64,000 nucleotides of DNA, from assembly GCA_026014875.1 (NCBI GenBank), contig JAOZHO010000037.1, forward strand, positions 359,819-423,818, written 5' to 3'. How positions within the stretch are numbered: the stretch's first letter is position 1; each line of letters opens with the position of its first letter. The stretch comes from Candidatus Bathyarchaeota archaeon. Lineage in GTDB: Archaea; Thermoproteota; Bathyarchaeia; TCS64. The notes below the pieces were generated by a model. The model was not told the origin of the DNA. It made no database searches and saw only the letters and a list, made by a program, of their open reading frames with translations. Both the position numbers and the translations under genes were made by a program. Of this stretch, positions 47,286 to 56,631 are shown one piece after another.

Positions 47286-47942
47286 TCAGACGAAAACGAT
47301 CTCCCATAAACCCTTGATCTCATCGATGATATAGTCAGGTTTCGAGTCAGCGAGAACCCCTGCATCATAGAATCCCGTGGCAACAGCCACGGTGAATACG
47401 CCGGCCCCTTTACCCGCTGCAAGGCCCGTCGGCGAGTCCTCCACTAGGACCGCCTCATGGGGCTCCACTCCCAGGGCGTCGAGGGCGAGGAGAATCATCT
47501 CGGGGCTCGGCTTGGGGCTCGAGACGTCGTCGTATCCGACGATGAGGTCGAAGTATCCGTCTATCCCGAGGTGGGCGAGGATCTTCTCCGCCTCCGGCGT
47601 CGACTTGTTGGTAGCCAGGCACTGCTGGAGGCCCTCGTCCTCGAAGTGGGTGAGGGTCGCCTCCACGCCGTCGAGGATGCGGGCATGATCCAGGGAGACA
47701 TCCATGAAGACCTCCCGATACCTCTTGAAGCATCCCTCGATTATGCCCCATCTCTCCGGGGAGAGAACCCTCCGATACATCTCGTCGAGGGGGACCCCGA
47801 CCATGGACCGGATCTCCTCGTCGCTGCGCGGCGCCTCACCGGCGTCCCTGAGGGCGGCGTTGAACGAGAGGCAGATGGCGTCGCTGGTGTCGACGAGGAC
47901 CCCGTCCAGATCGTAGATGATGAGGCGGATACCGGCGAGCAT
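47286..47942 (-). CDS. HAD family hydrolase (phosphoglycolate phosphatase-like)
   Basis: DLDGVLVD, ATNK, KPSP, VEDS. Confidence 0.9.
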   Translation of the reverse strand: MLAGIRLIIYDLDGVLVDTSDAICLSFNAALRDAGEAPRSDEEIRSMVGVPLDEMYRRVLSPERWGIIEGCFKRYREVFMDVSLDHARILDGVEATLTHFEDEGLQQCLATNKSTPEAEKILAHLGIDGYFDLIVGYDDVSSPKPSPEMILLALDALGVEPHEAVLVEDSPTGLAAGKGAGVFTVAVATGFYDAGVLADSKPDYIIDEIKGLWEIVFV

Positions 47943-48028
47943 ACTCCATCTGAGATTCCCCGGGATTTAACATCTGAGCCCCGTGGATAATATTTTAACC
48001 CGGGGGAGGAGTGAGGATGAGAATCAGG

Positions 48029-48415
48029 ATGAACGCCCCCACATTCGACCACGTATTAATCGTCGCCCGCGACCTCGAGCGCTCGATCGAGTTCTACACT
48101 CTCATCGGTTTCGAGCACCTGGAGACCATTGAGAGGCCCAACGACAGGGTCGCCGTGATGCGCCTCGGCGGCGTCAAGATCGAGCTCATGAACCTCCCCG
48201 AGGGTAAGGAGACCCTGAGGAAACCCAGGAGGCTCACGGACCTCGGGTTCAGACACATCGGATTCAAGGTCGACGACCTCACCGCGGTCTACGAGAGGTT
48301 GAAGGACAAGATCGGCTTCGACTCTCCGCCGAGGAAGATAGCGGGCAGGGGGAACCGGATGACGGTCTTCTTCAAGGACCCCGACGGGGTCGAGATGCAC
48401 TTCGTCCAGGAATGA
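48029..48415 (+). CDS. VOC/glyoxalase family protein
   Basis: DHV.I...DLERSIEFY, IEL, HIGFKVDD, FFKDPDG. Confidence 0.88.
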   Translation: MNAPTFDHVLIVARDLERSIEFYTLIGFEHLETIERPNDRVAVMRLGGVKIELMNLPEGKETLRKPRRLTDLGFRHIGFKVDDLTAVYERLKDKIGFDSPPRKIAGRGNRMTVFFKDPDGVEMHFVQE

Positions 48416-48473
48416 TCCCGGGCCTCATCCCTAAAGGTTAAGCGCCCCTCCCGCAATTCTATTTCCGGTTAAG

Positions 48474-50246
48474 ATGCCGGAAGATTATGATATCCTGATC
48501 AAGAATGCCTCGATAGTGGACGGGACGGGAGCCCCTGCCTATAGAGGCGCCCTGGCGGTCAAGGGGGATCGCGTTGCGGCCCTGGGGAAGGTGGAGGGGG
48601 ACCTAAAGGCGGACGCCGAGACCATCATCGACGGGGAGGGGCTCGTGGCCAGCCCCGGGTTCATCGACGTCCACAACCACGGGGACCTGAGCATTCTCTA
48701 CTACCCCGAGGCCGAGGGCTTCCTCCGCCAGGGGATAACCACATTCGTGGGGGGCCAGTGCGGGGACAGCCCCGGCCCCTTCGGGGAGTACATCGGGCTC
48801 CCCTGGGTCCTCAGCGACCTCTACTATGACCTCGCCCCCACGATGTATGACAGGGAGTGGCTAATCCCCCGGGAGCTCCTCAACCCGAGGCACAGGGAGC
48901 TCTTCGGCTGGGAGATCGACTGGAACACCATGGGCGAGTTCTTCAAGAGGGTCGAGGCGAAGGGCTTGAGCCCCAACTTCGCCCCGCTTGTGGGCCAGGG
49001 GGATGTCAGGGGCCTAGTGATGGGCCCCGACTTCGAGCGGGAGGCCACACGGGACGAGATCAGCGAGATGGTGGTCCACGTCGAGAGAGCCATGGAGGAC
49101 GGTTGCATCGGGATCAGCGTCGGCCGGGACTACGATCCCGGGATCTGGGCAAGTTTCGACGAGCTCCTCGCCTGCGCCGAGGCCGCCGCCAAGCACGGGG
49201 GCGTCTATGCGAGCCACTGCCTCCGCACGGGCCACAGGAAGTCCCGGAGGCCCGGTGAGTTCCCCCCGGTAAAGACCGAGGGGCTCTTGGAGGCCATCGA
49301 CATCGGGAGGAAGGCGGGGATGTCTGTCCAGGTCTCCCACCTCGGCGTTCTTTACGACGTCAGGCCCGGCGGGTGCGACTTCATGACCGAGGCGGCCGTG
49401 AAGGCCACCCTCAAGATTATCGATGACGCTCGGGAGGAGGGGATCGATGTCAGTTTCGATGAGATACCCAACCATACCGCCGGGGGGATTGGGACCACCC
49501 CATGGCTTGTGAGCTATCTCACGCCGTGGCTAAGAGTGGCGGGTGGCCTCGGGCAGCTCGTGGAGGCTTTAAGGATGGAGGATTTCCGGGAGGAGATCAA
49601 GGAGGTCATCTGGGCCGGGATGCACTATGGGCTCAACCCCAACATCAACGAGGGCTGGGCGAAGCAGCGCACCATCGTGGAATGCAAGGAAGAGAGCTTC
49701 GTGGACAAGACCCTGGCGGAGATAGCGGAGGAACTCGGCATGGACGAGCTCGATGCCCTATTCATAGTCGTCTCGACGGACCCGGAGGCGAAGGCCGTTA
49801 GGAAGGGGGGCAACGAATGGGTGAAGTTCATGTTCTACCAGCACCCCCAGGCAATGATCGGCATCGACACCTTCGCAGTTGACGACAAGCGGATCAGCAG
49901 GCACCCCCCCTGGGGACTGCCCAACGAGAACAGCTACGGGGGCTTCCCCCGGTACCTCCGGCAGGCCTACAGGGAGTCGGGGACCCTCAGCCTCGAGGAG
50001 GCCATCAGGAAGGTGACGAGCCTCCCCGCGAAAAAGTTCAATCTCCGGGGCAGGGGAGTATTGAAGGAGGGAGCCTACGCCGACATCGTGGTCTTCAACC
50101 CCGAGACTGTCACCGATAAAGGGGACCAGCTGAATCCTCGGCAGTACCCGGAAGGGATTGAGCATGTCATCGTGAACGGCGTCCAAGTCGTGAAGGGCTC
50201 GGCGCACACGGGGGCCAAGCCCGGGAAGATCCTGTATCGGGAGTAG
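48474..50246 (+). CDS. N-acyl-D-amino-acid deacylase family amidohydrolase
   Basis: PGFIDVHNH, QGITTFVGGQCG, YGGFPRYL, RG.LKEGAYADIVVF. Confidence 0.88.
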   Translation: MPEDYDILIKNASIVDGTGAPAYRGALAVKGDRVAALGKVEGDLKADAETIIDGEGLVASPGFIDVHNHGDLSILYYPEAEGFLRQGITTFVGGQCGDSPGPFGEYIGLPWVLSDLYYDLAPTMYDREWLIPRELLNPRHRELFGWEIDWNTMGEFFKRVEAKGLSPNFAPLVGQGDVRGLVMGPDFEREATRDEISEMVVHVERAMEDGCIGISVGRDYDPGIWASFDELLACAEAAAKHGGVYASHCLRTGHRKSRRPGEFPPVKTEGLLEAIDIGRKAGMSVQVSHLGVLYDVRPGGCDFMTEAAVKATLKIIDDAREEGIDVSFDEIPNHTAGGIGTTPWLVSYLTPWLRVAGGLGQLVEALRMEDFREEIKEVIWAGMHYGLNPNINEGWAKQRTIVECKEESFVDKTLAEIAEELGMDELDALFIVVSTDPEAKAVRKGGNEWVKFMFYQHPQAMIGIDTFAVDDKRISRHPPWGLPNENSYGGFPRYLRQAYRESGTLSLEEAIRKVTSLPAKKFNLRGRGVLKEGAYADIVVFNPETVTDKGDQLNPRQYPEGIEHVIVNGVQVVKGSAHTGAKPGKILYRE

Positions 50247-50304
50247 AATCTACTCCTTTTTTTCAACCTTATCATTTTTTATCGTCACACGGAACCTTTC
50301 CATT

Positions 50305-52839
50305 GTGAGTGAAATGTCCAAATTAACCTCTCCCGAGGAGTTCTTCGGCTTCCAGATGGGGAGCGACCGGAAGATTGCGCGCTGGGAAAAAGTCGTCGAG
50401 TACTTTTACCTGCTCCAAGACCAGAGCGGAAAGATAAGGGTCACCGACATGGGCCCCAGCACCGAGGGGGAACCCTTCCTAGAGGTGGTCATCACATCCC
50501 CCGAGAACCTGGCGAATCTGGAGAATCTGAGGGAGATCAACCTCAAGATCAGCGACCCCCGAGGCCTAACCGAGGAGGAGGTCAAAGATCTCCTGTCCAA
50601 GGCGAAGGCCGTGGTCTGCCAGTCCATGAGCCTCCACGCCTCGGAGATCGGGGGCACCCAGATGGCCCCGGAGCTCGCCTACGACCTCCTCAGCCGGGAG
50701 GACGAGGAGACAGCGAGGATACTCGAGAACGTCATCTTCGTGATGGTGCCCTGCTTCAACCCCGACGGCCTGAACATGACCGCCGACTGGTACAACGGCA
50801 CGCTGAGCACCGAGTACGAGGGCGTCATGATGCCCTGGCTCTACCACAAGTACGCGGGCCACGACAATAACCGGGACGCCTTCCAGACCAACCTCCAGGA
50901 GTCCAAGTACGTCGCCGAGATCCTGTTCACGAAATGGATCCCCCAGGCCTACGTCGACCACCACCACATGGGGAGCTACGGCGCAAGGTTCTACATCCCG
51001 CCCTACTGCGAGCCCTTCCGGCCTACCGCCGACCCCCTGGTCTACAGGGAGCACGCGTGGTACGGGGCTCACCAGGCGTACATGCTTGAGGAGGCGGGCA
51101 AGACGGGGATCATCGGGGGGGCGATGCCCTTCCCGGCCTGGGGCCACTTCGGATGGCACAGGATCACCAACCACCACAACATCTCGGGGATGCTCACCGA
51201 GTCTGCGAGCGCCAAGCTTGCGACGCCACTTTACATTCACCCCGACCAGCTGGTGGGGGGCCATTACAGTTTCCCCGACTATGAGGCTCAGGTCAACTTC
51301 CCCAACCCGTGGGAGGGGGGCTGGTGGACCCTCAGGGAGATCGTGGAGCAGCAGAAGATCTGCTCCTGGGCAACGCTGGACATCGCCGCCCGGTACAAGG
51401 ATATGGTGCTCAGGAACGCTTACCTCAAGGCGAAGAGGCAGATTGAACGGGGAGCGGCCTCCAAGACGAAGGCCTACGTCATGCCCAGTTCACAGCACGA
51501 CCCCGTCACGGCGGGGAGGCTCATAGAGAAGCTCCTCGTCCAGGGCATCGAGATCCATATCGCAAACAAGGACTTCTCAGCGGGCGCCGTCATGTATCCG
51601 TCGGGCTCCTATGTCATCAAGCTCGACCAGCCCAAGTACGGCGTCATAAAGTCGCTTCTAGGCAGGACTTTCTATCCTGATAACGCCTGGACCCGGGATC
51701 AGGACGGGACCCCGAGGAGGCCCAAGGACAAGGGGGCCGACGTGATGAGCGAGTTCATGGGGGTCAGAGTCGACCCTGTGAAGTGTGCTTTCGAGGCCGA
51801 CTTGCCCAAGATAGCGGCACCCGCATGGCCGGTAGGCGGTGTGGAGGGTGAATCGGAGATCGGCTATGCTCTGGATCCCCGCCTCAACGACAGCTTCGTG
51901 GCAGTGAACAAGCTGCTCTCTGATGGAGCGCGGGTCTGGCGTTCAGCGGATCCGTTGGACGGCGGAGACGTGTGCCTCCCCCCGGGGGCTTTCGTCATAA
52001 AGGGTGTCGGGAGAGACAAACTCGAACAGGTCGCCGCGGACACGCATGTTGCGTTCCTTCCTTTATCCGAGGAAACAACTTCTACCACTCAAGTCAGCGC
52101 ACCGCGGATCGGCCTATTCCAGCGCTACTACGGAGGTAACGCCGATGAAGGATGGACGAGACTTGTGCTTGAGCAGTTCGGCTTCCCATACACCAAGGTG
52201 ATGGACGAGGACATCAAGGGAGGCGGGCTCGCAGACAAATACGATGTCATAATCATACCCAACGATTCCGAGGCCATGATCACGGGCGAGGGACTCGAGG
52301 AATACGCGAAGGCCAGGGGACGCCCCCTACCCGACTTCCCCCCGGAATACAGGAGCGGGCTGGGAACGGAGGGCGTCGAATCCCTTCGAGAGTTCGTGAG
52401 ATCGGGGGGTAGGCTCGTGTGCCTGAACGCCTCAAGCGAGTTCGCGATTGACGCCTTCAACCTGAAAATCAGGAACGTCCTGAAGGGCCTCGATCGGAAG
52501 GAGTTCTTCTGCCCGGGATCTACACTCCACGCAGACATCGACACAGGCCACTCATTGGGATACGGCATGCCAGCGGAGGGCCTCGTCTTCCACTGGGACA
52601 GCCTCGCCTTCGAGGTCCTCCCCTCCGGGGAGAACGACCGCTACGATGTCGTCGTGAGCTACGGGGAGAGGGCCCTCTTGGAGAGCGGCTGGCTGATCGG
52701 AGAGAAGCATCTGAGGAGGAGGCCCGCGATGGTAGTCGCCCGGGTGGGCGAGGGAGAAGTGGTGCTCTTCGGCTTCAGGCCCCAGCACAGGGCTCAGACC
52801 CATGGGACCTATAAGCTGTTCTTCAACAGCCTCCTCTGA
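50305..52839 (+). CDS. M14 family metallopeptidase with C-terminal class I GATase-like domain
   Basis: LHASE, NPDG, DNNRD, DHHHMG; C-terminal DEGWTR, YDVIIIP, GFRPQHRAQ. Confidence 0.88.
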   Translation: MSEMSKLTSPEEFFGFQMGSDRKIARWEKVVEYFYLLQDQSGKIRVTDMGPSTEGEPFLEVVITSPENLANLENLREINLKISDPRGLTEEEVKDLLSKAKAVVCQSMSLHASEIGGTQMAPELAYDLLSREDEETARILENVIFVMVPCFNPDGLNMTADWYNGTLSTEYEGVMMPWLYHKYAGHDNNRDAFQTNLQESKYVAEILFTKWIPQAYVDHHHMGSYGARFYIPPYCEPFRPTADPLVYREHAWYGAHQAYMLEEAGKTGIIGGAMPFPAWGHFGWHRITNHHNISGMLTESASAKLATPLYIHPDQLVGGHYSFPDYEAQVNFPNPWEGGWWTLREIVEQQKICSWATLDIAARYKDMVLRNAYLKAKRQIERGAASKTKAYVMPSSQHDPVTAGRLIEKLLVQGIEIHIANKDFSAGAVMYPSGSYVIKLDQPKYGVIKSLLGRTFYPDNAWTRDQDGTPRRPKDKGADVMSEFMGVRVDPVKCAFEADLPKIAAPAWPVGGVEGESEIGYALDPRLNDSFVAVNKLLSDGARVWRSADPLDGGDVCLPPGAFVIKGVGRDKLEQVAADTHVAFLPLSEETTSTTQVSAPRIGLFQRYYGGNADEGWTRLVLEQFGFPYTKVMDEDIKGGGLADKYDVIIIPNDSEAMITGEGLEEYAKARGRPLPDFPPEYRSGLGTEGVESLREFVRSGGRLVCLNASSEFAIDAFNLKIRNVLKGLDRKEFFCPGSTLHADIDTGHSLGYGMPAEGLVFHWDSLAFEVLPSGENDRYDVVVSYGERALLESGWLIGEKHLRRRPAMVVARVGEGEVVLFGFRPQHRAQTHGTYKLFFNSLL

Positions 52840-52925
52840 CCCCCCCCTTTCTGTTGATACGATTCCTTTTTTGGGAATCTGAAATTTTTTATCATCCGGC
52901 AACCTATCTCCATCCGGTGTTCTGA

Positions 52926-53189
52926 ATGGCATGGAAGGAGCCGGTGTTCGTCGCTAAGGTGGAGTCCATCAAAAAGAACTGCAGCGCAGGCCACGAGGTG
53001 GGCGACACATTCCAGATCAACACCCACGAGACAGGCGGCCTCTGCGGATGGTGCTACCACGACCTCTTCCCGACGCTGATGACCCTAGCGATGGACGGGA
53101 AGATACCCTGGCAGGACTCCGACGAGTGGACCTACGAATGCCCCGACCGCTACAACCTGGTCACATTCAACATCAAGAGGAAAAAGTAG
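52926..53189 (+). CDS. TIGR04076-like small Cys-containing protein
   Basis: CSAGHEVGDTF, LCGWCYH.LFP, PW, CPD. Confidence 0.8.
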   Translation: MAWKEPVFVAKVESIKKNCSAGHEVGDTFQINTHETGGLCGWCYHDLFPTLMTLAMDGKIPWQDSDEWTYECPDRYNLVTFNIKRKK

Positions 53190-53400
53190 GCCTCACACAC
53201 GGTCGCGTGCAAGCGGATCAATTAAGGTAGAAGTGCAAAGGACAGGAATTCACTGCTCCCTTCATCCTATCACAAGAGGAGGGAGTACGGATCTCCCATA
53301 AACTCAATGAATTTGTTAATCTGCCGGCGCGTAAAGATTGCACGGAAGATGGCTCTATCTGTGTTGGAGAGCGCACGCGAGAAGAGTGCCATATAGACTA

Positions 53401-53415
53401 GTTTGTAATACAAAC
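53401..53415. promoter_or_regulatory. Inverted repeat, candidate operator next to TATA box
   Basis: GTTTGTA-A-TACAAAC immediately upstream of TTTATAT and the 53448 gene. Confidence 0.5.
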
Positions 53416-53447
53416 CTATTTATATGGCACACGCACATTAGCGTCCG

Positions 53448-54092
53448 ATGAATATGGCACCATCGTTCGACGGGAAGGAACTGGAGCGCGAAGTGTTCTT
53501 AGACTCCACCAAGGATGGCTTAGGGGAGCTCTTACTTGGCGTCAGCATGATCGGCGTCGCAGCGGCCTCAGCCTCCCTCTTCTTTTTACCCCTCTTCATA
53601 ATACCCCTAGTCTTTGGGGGACGCATCGCGGAGGCGGTGAGGAAGCGCCTCACCTACCCTAGGATCGGCTATGTGAAGTTGAGGGGGGAGCAGACAGGCA
53701 AAGCTCTTGGAGGCGTGCTCCTCTACGAGTTCCTCGTTCTCCTGGTTTTTGCAATTGCCCTGTACATACTTTTCGGGGATATCATGGAATTCAGCCTCTG
53801 GGCCAGATGGTCGCCTCTGATAACCGCGCTGCTAATTCTCGGCCTCTTCCTCAATTTACATGATAAATCTGGTAACAAACGTTACCTGGCCCTCGCAGTC
53901 CTGTCTGTGTTTGTAGGACTCGTTTTATCATTTGTCAGCTTCGATATCTCTTTCCCGTATCTATTCGGCTATTTCGACTCCGGGGTGGTTTTCTACTTCT
54001 TCCTGATGGGGAGCGTCATGCTATCCAGTGGCTTAATTCAGTTCGTCTATTTCCTCAACCGGAATCCAGTCTCCCCGGAGGATCGAGACTAG
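53448..54092 (+). CDS. Hypothetical multi-pass membrane protein
   Basis: DGLGEL, RLTYPRIGYVK motif, about 6 TM segments; coupled to the wHTH gene. Confidence 0.75.
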   Translation: MNMAPSFDGKELEREVFLDSTKDGLGELLLGVSMIGVAAASASLFFLPLFIIPLVFGGRIAEAVRKRLTYPRIGYVKLRGEQTGKALGGVLLYEFLVLLVFAIALYILFGDIMEFSLWARWSPLITALLILGLFLNLHDKSGNKRYLALAVLSVFVGLVLSFVSFDISFPYLFGYFDSGVVFYFFLMGSVMLSSGLIQFVYFLNRNPVSPEDRD

Positions 54093-54415
54093 TGTCAGAG
54101 CCAGAGACCAACGACATCAGCAGTCCCATAATGGGGATTGACAGGCTTATCCATGAACCGGCGAGGTTCAGCATCATGGCTAATCTCTATGTCGTAGAGG
54201 AGGCTGACTTCCTATTCCTGTCTCGTCGCATAGGTCTAACGCGGGGCAACCTGTCGGCTCACATGAGGAAACTGGAAGAGGGAGGCTATATCGAGGTGCG
54301 GAAAGGGTTCATGGGTCGTAGGCCCCACACTGTGCTTGCCATCACCGAAAAAGGCCAAGAAGCTTTCAAGAATTATGTATCCGATATAAAAAACGCCCTT
54401 CAAGGGTTTGAATAA
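54092..54415 (+). CDS. Winged-helix transcriptional regulator (ArsR/MarR-like)
   Basis: DRLIHEPARFSIM, LTRGNLSAHMRKLEE.GY, T...TEKG. Confidence 0.9.
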   Translation: MSEPETNDISSPIMGIDRLIHEPARFSIMANLYVVEEADFLFLSRRIGLTRGNLSAHMRKLEEGGYIEVRKGFMGRRPHTVLAITEKGQEAFKNYVSDIKNALQGFE

Positions 54416-54432
54416 GCGGATGTGATGAAAGG

Positions 54433-55896
54433 ATGATTAAAACGATTTTTGAAAGAAAAGGTCTCGCGGAATATTCATTGCTCGCAGTGTTTCTGGTAAT
54501 TAGCTTACTCTCTTCTTTCCCATCTGCTTCGGCTCTGAATCAAGAGACAATCTCACGCAGAGACCTAGTGATAGACCTTGGAGACGGATTGACTACGGAT
54601 GCTCAGTTGACTTTCCCCGCTGTTGGGGATGGTCCTTTCCCAGGTGTTCTCCTCATACACGGCTCCGGCAATACGGATATGGATGAATATCTTCCTTCCC
54701 TGGTTACCGGTACAGGGGAGCCCTCAAGGCCCTTTCTCCAGATAGCGGATTATCTATCGGAGAGAGGTTTCGCGGTATTACGATATAATAAAAGAGGCGT
54801 CGGTCTGAAAGGCGTTATTTTAGATGTAAACATTGTTGTGAATACTACATTCGAATATCTCCTGCAAGATGCTGAGAAGGCTCTTGAAACCCTCATGCAG
54901 CAACCGGAAGTAGACGCAACTGACGTTTCAATACTTGGCCACAGTGAGGGAACATGGATTGCTCCTAGAATCGCAATCAAAGACACCAGGATTAAGAAGA
55001 TTGTCCTCATGAGTGCAGGGGCTCATAACCTCTACGATATTCTTCATTTCCAGATTGTGGAGCAACGCATTAGTGAATTCGAAGAAATTGACGGAAATAA
55101 CGATGGATTGTGGTCCATACAAGAAGTATCTGTTTTACCCCTGATACAGAGAGACGCTTTTATTGAGAACAGCACCGGAGACTGGATGTGGAGACCTGGA
55201 GTCGATCCGAATGGAGACGGTTACATCAGCCTCGTTGAGGAAATGTTACCTCTTTGGAACCAGATTTTTGAATATCTCACTACAGCAGAGTATCCAGGCT
55301 CAAAATGGTACCAATCACACTTTGCTCTTGAAAATAACCTGGAAATCATAGGCAATGTTTCTGAGGGTATACTGATTCTCCAAGGAGAAGAAGATACTCA
55401 GACACCCGTTTTTGAAGCCCATTTTCTAGACCAGAGGCTGATGGAGGTCGGGCATCATGATCATACTTTGATCACCTATCCTGGCCTTGGGCACTCCTTC
55501 TACCCCAAGGAAGGCCTGTTGCAATGGTTGGGCCCAATACAGGATCATGTTCTATCCGATCTCGCCACCTGGCTGAAAGACCCTGAGAGGGACCGATTCC
55601 TCTTAGTTGAACAGCTTCAAACCGCATCAAACACGATAAATGAACTGCAAGGCCAACTGACTGACTTAAATTCCGAGTTCAATCAGCAAACCAGCGAGCT
55701 AGAGAACCAAGTCTCCGAACTGCAGTCAGAATCAACGGATATGCATAATACCGTCACCGAGCTAGAACGCCAAACTATGGCATTACAGTCAGCCCTGGAT
55801 TCAGCTGAGAACATGACCAACATCGCCCTTGGAGTTGCATTGATAGCCATCATATCTGGAGCCGTAATCATATTTCAGAACCGGAACAGAAATTGA
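54433..55896 (+). CDS. Exported alpha/beta hydrolase with coiled-coil stalk and C-terminal TM anchor
   Basis: Signal peptide, HGSG, GHSEG nucleophile, QGEED, GLGHS; heptad-rich tail plus hydrophobic C-terminus. Confidence 0.85.
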   Translation: MIKTIFERKGLAEYSLLAVFLVISLLSSFPSASALNQETISRRDLVIDLGDGLTTDAQLTFPAVGDGPFPGVLLIHGSGNTDMDEYLPSLVTGTGEPSRPFLQIADYLSERGFAVLRYNKRGVGLKGVILDVNIVVNTTFEYLLQDAEKALETLMQQPEVDATDVSILGHSEGTWIAPRIAIKDTRIKKIVLMSAGAHNLYDILHFQIVEQRISEFEEIDGNNDGLWSIQEVSVLPLIQRDAFIENSTGDWMWRPGVDPNGDGYISLVEEMLPLWNQIFEYLTTAEYPGSKWYQSHFALENNLEIIGNVSEGILILQGEEDTQTPVFEAHFLDQRLMEVGHHDHTLITYPGLGHSFYPKEGLLQWLGPIQDHVLSDLATWLKDPERDRFLLVEQLQTASNTINELQGQLTDLNSEFNQQTSELENQVSELQSESTDMHNTVTELERQTMALQSALDSAENMTNIALGVALIAIISGAVIIFQNRNRN

Positions 55897-55902
55897 AGGC
55901 AT

Positions 55903-55977
55903 ATGAAAATCATGGTCAAAACGGATGACCTGTCCAAATATTACGGCAAAGGAGGCGAGACCAAGGCCGTGGATGGT
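55903..55977 (+). pseudogene. N-terminal remnant of an ABC ATPase
   Basis: MKIMVKTDDLSKYYGKGGETKAVDG, then similarity is lost before Walker A. Confidence 0.55.
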
Positions 55978-56101
55978 AATCGTCCCCGTGCCGGGTGGGC
56001 TTCTACTGGGCCAATCAATGCTGGCGGTGAGTGCAGGATTGCTATCCTCTACCTCGGGGCGAGAAAGCTCAGAAACATCGAATAAAAAACGAGGGCGCAC
56101 T

Positions 56102-56323
56102 CAGGCCACAAGGCGGGCGACACATCCCAAATCAACACCCACGAGACCGGAGGCCTCTGTGGATGGTGCTACCACGACCTCTTCCCCACCCTCATGACCC
56201 TGACGATGGACGGCAAGATCCCCCGGCAGGACCCCGCAGAATGAACCTTCGAGCGCCCCGACCACATCAACCGAGCAACCTTCGCCATCAAGAGGAAAAA
56301 GCAGGCCTCACACACAGTCACGC
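56102..56323 (+). pseudogene. Decayed duplicate of TIGR04076-like gene (direct repeat of 52987-53208)
   Basis: Gap-free colinear with copy 1 including 3' flank GCCTCACACAC; TGG>TGA stop at 56242, native stop TAG>CAG, 5' end missing. Confidence 0.85.
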
Positions 56324-56324
56324 G

Positions 56325-56460
56325 AACAAACCCCCCGAGCAAACCAGTAGCTATTCAGTAGCAAAACAGTTGCAAACAACACCCGAAAGCAGACAGAAAA
56401 CAACCCCAAAACCAAAATAAACCCCTAAAAACAAGCCAAAAACCACACTCCATAACAAAA
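56325..56460. repeat. Low-complexity A/C-rich tract
   Basis: e.g. CAACCCCAAAACCAAAATAAACCCCTAAAAACAAGCCAAAAACCACAC; very few G/T on + strand. Confidence 0.7.
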
Positions 56461-56631
56461 TATTTTTTCCAGTGCATAAGCCCTCACACTAGACCAGGGT
56501 TTAATACGCCCTACCCCCAGGTGCCAACGACGGCCGAATCAGAGCAGCACCACACCTACACGAAGGAATCCAGAGGCTGCAATAGATGCACCCTCGACGG
56601 GAACCCCAACCGCAAGTTCAAGAAGATGCCG

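Noticed and set aside
52987-56323. Diversity-generating retroelement TR/VR pair
   Set aside because: No reverse transcriptase in the window. Differences are not confined to adenines and include G>A and synonymous transversions.
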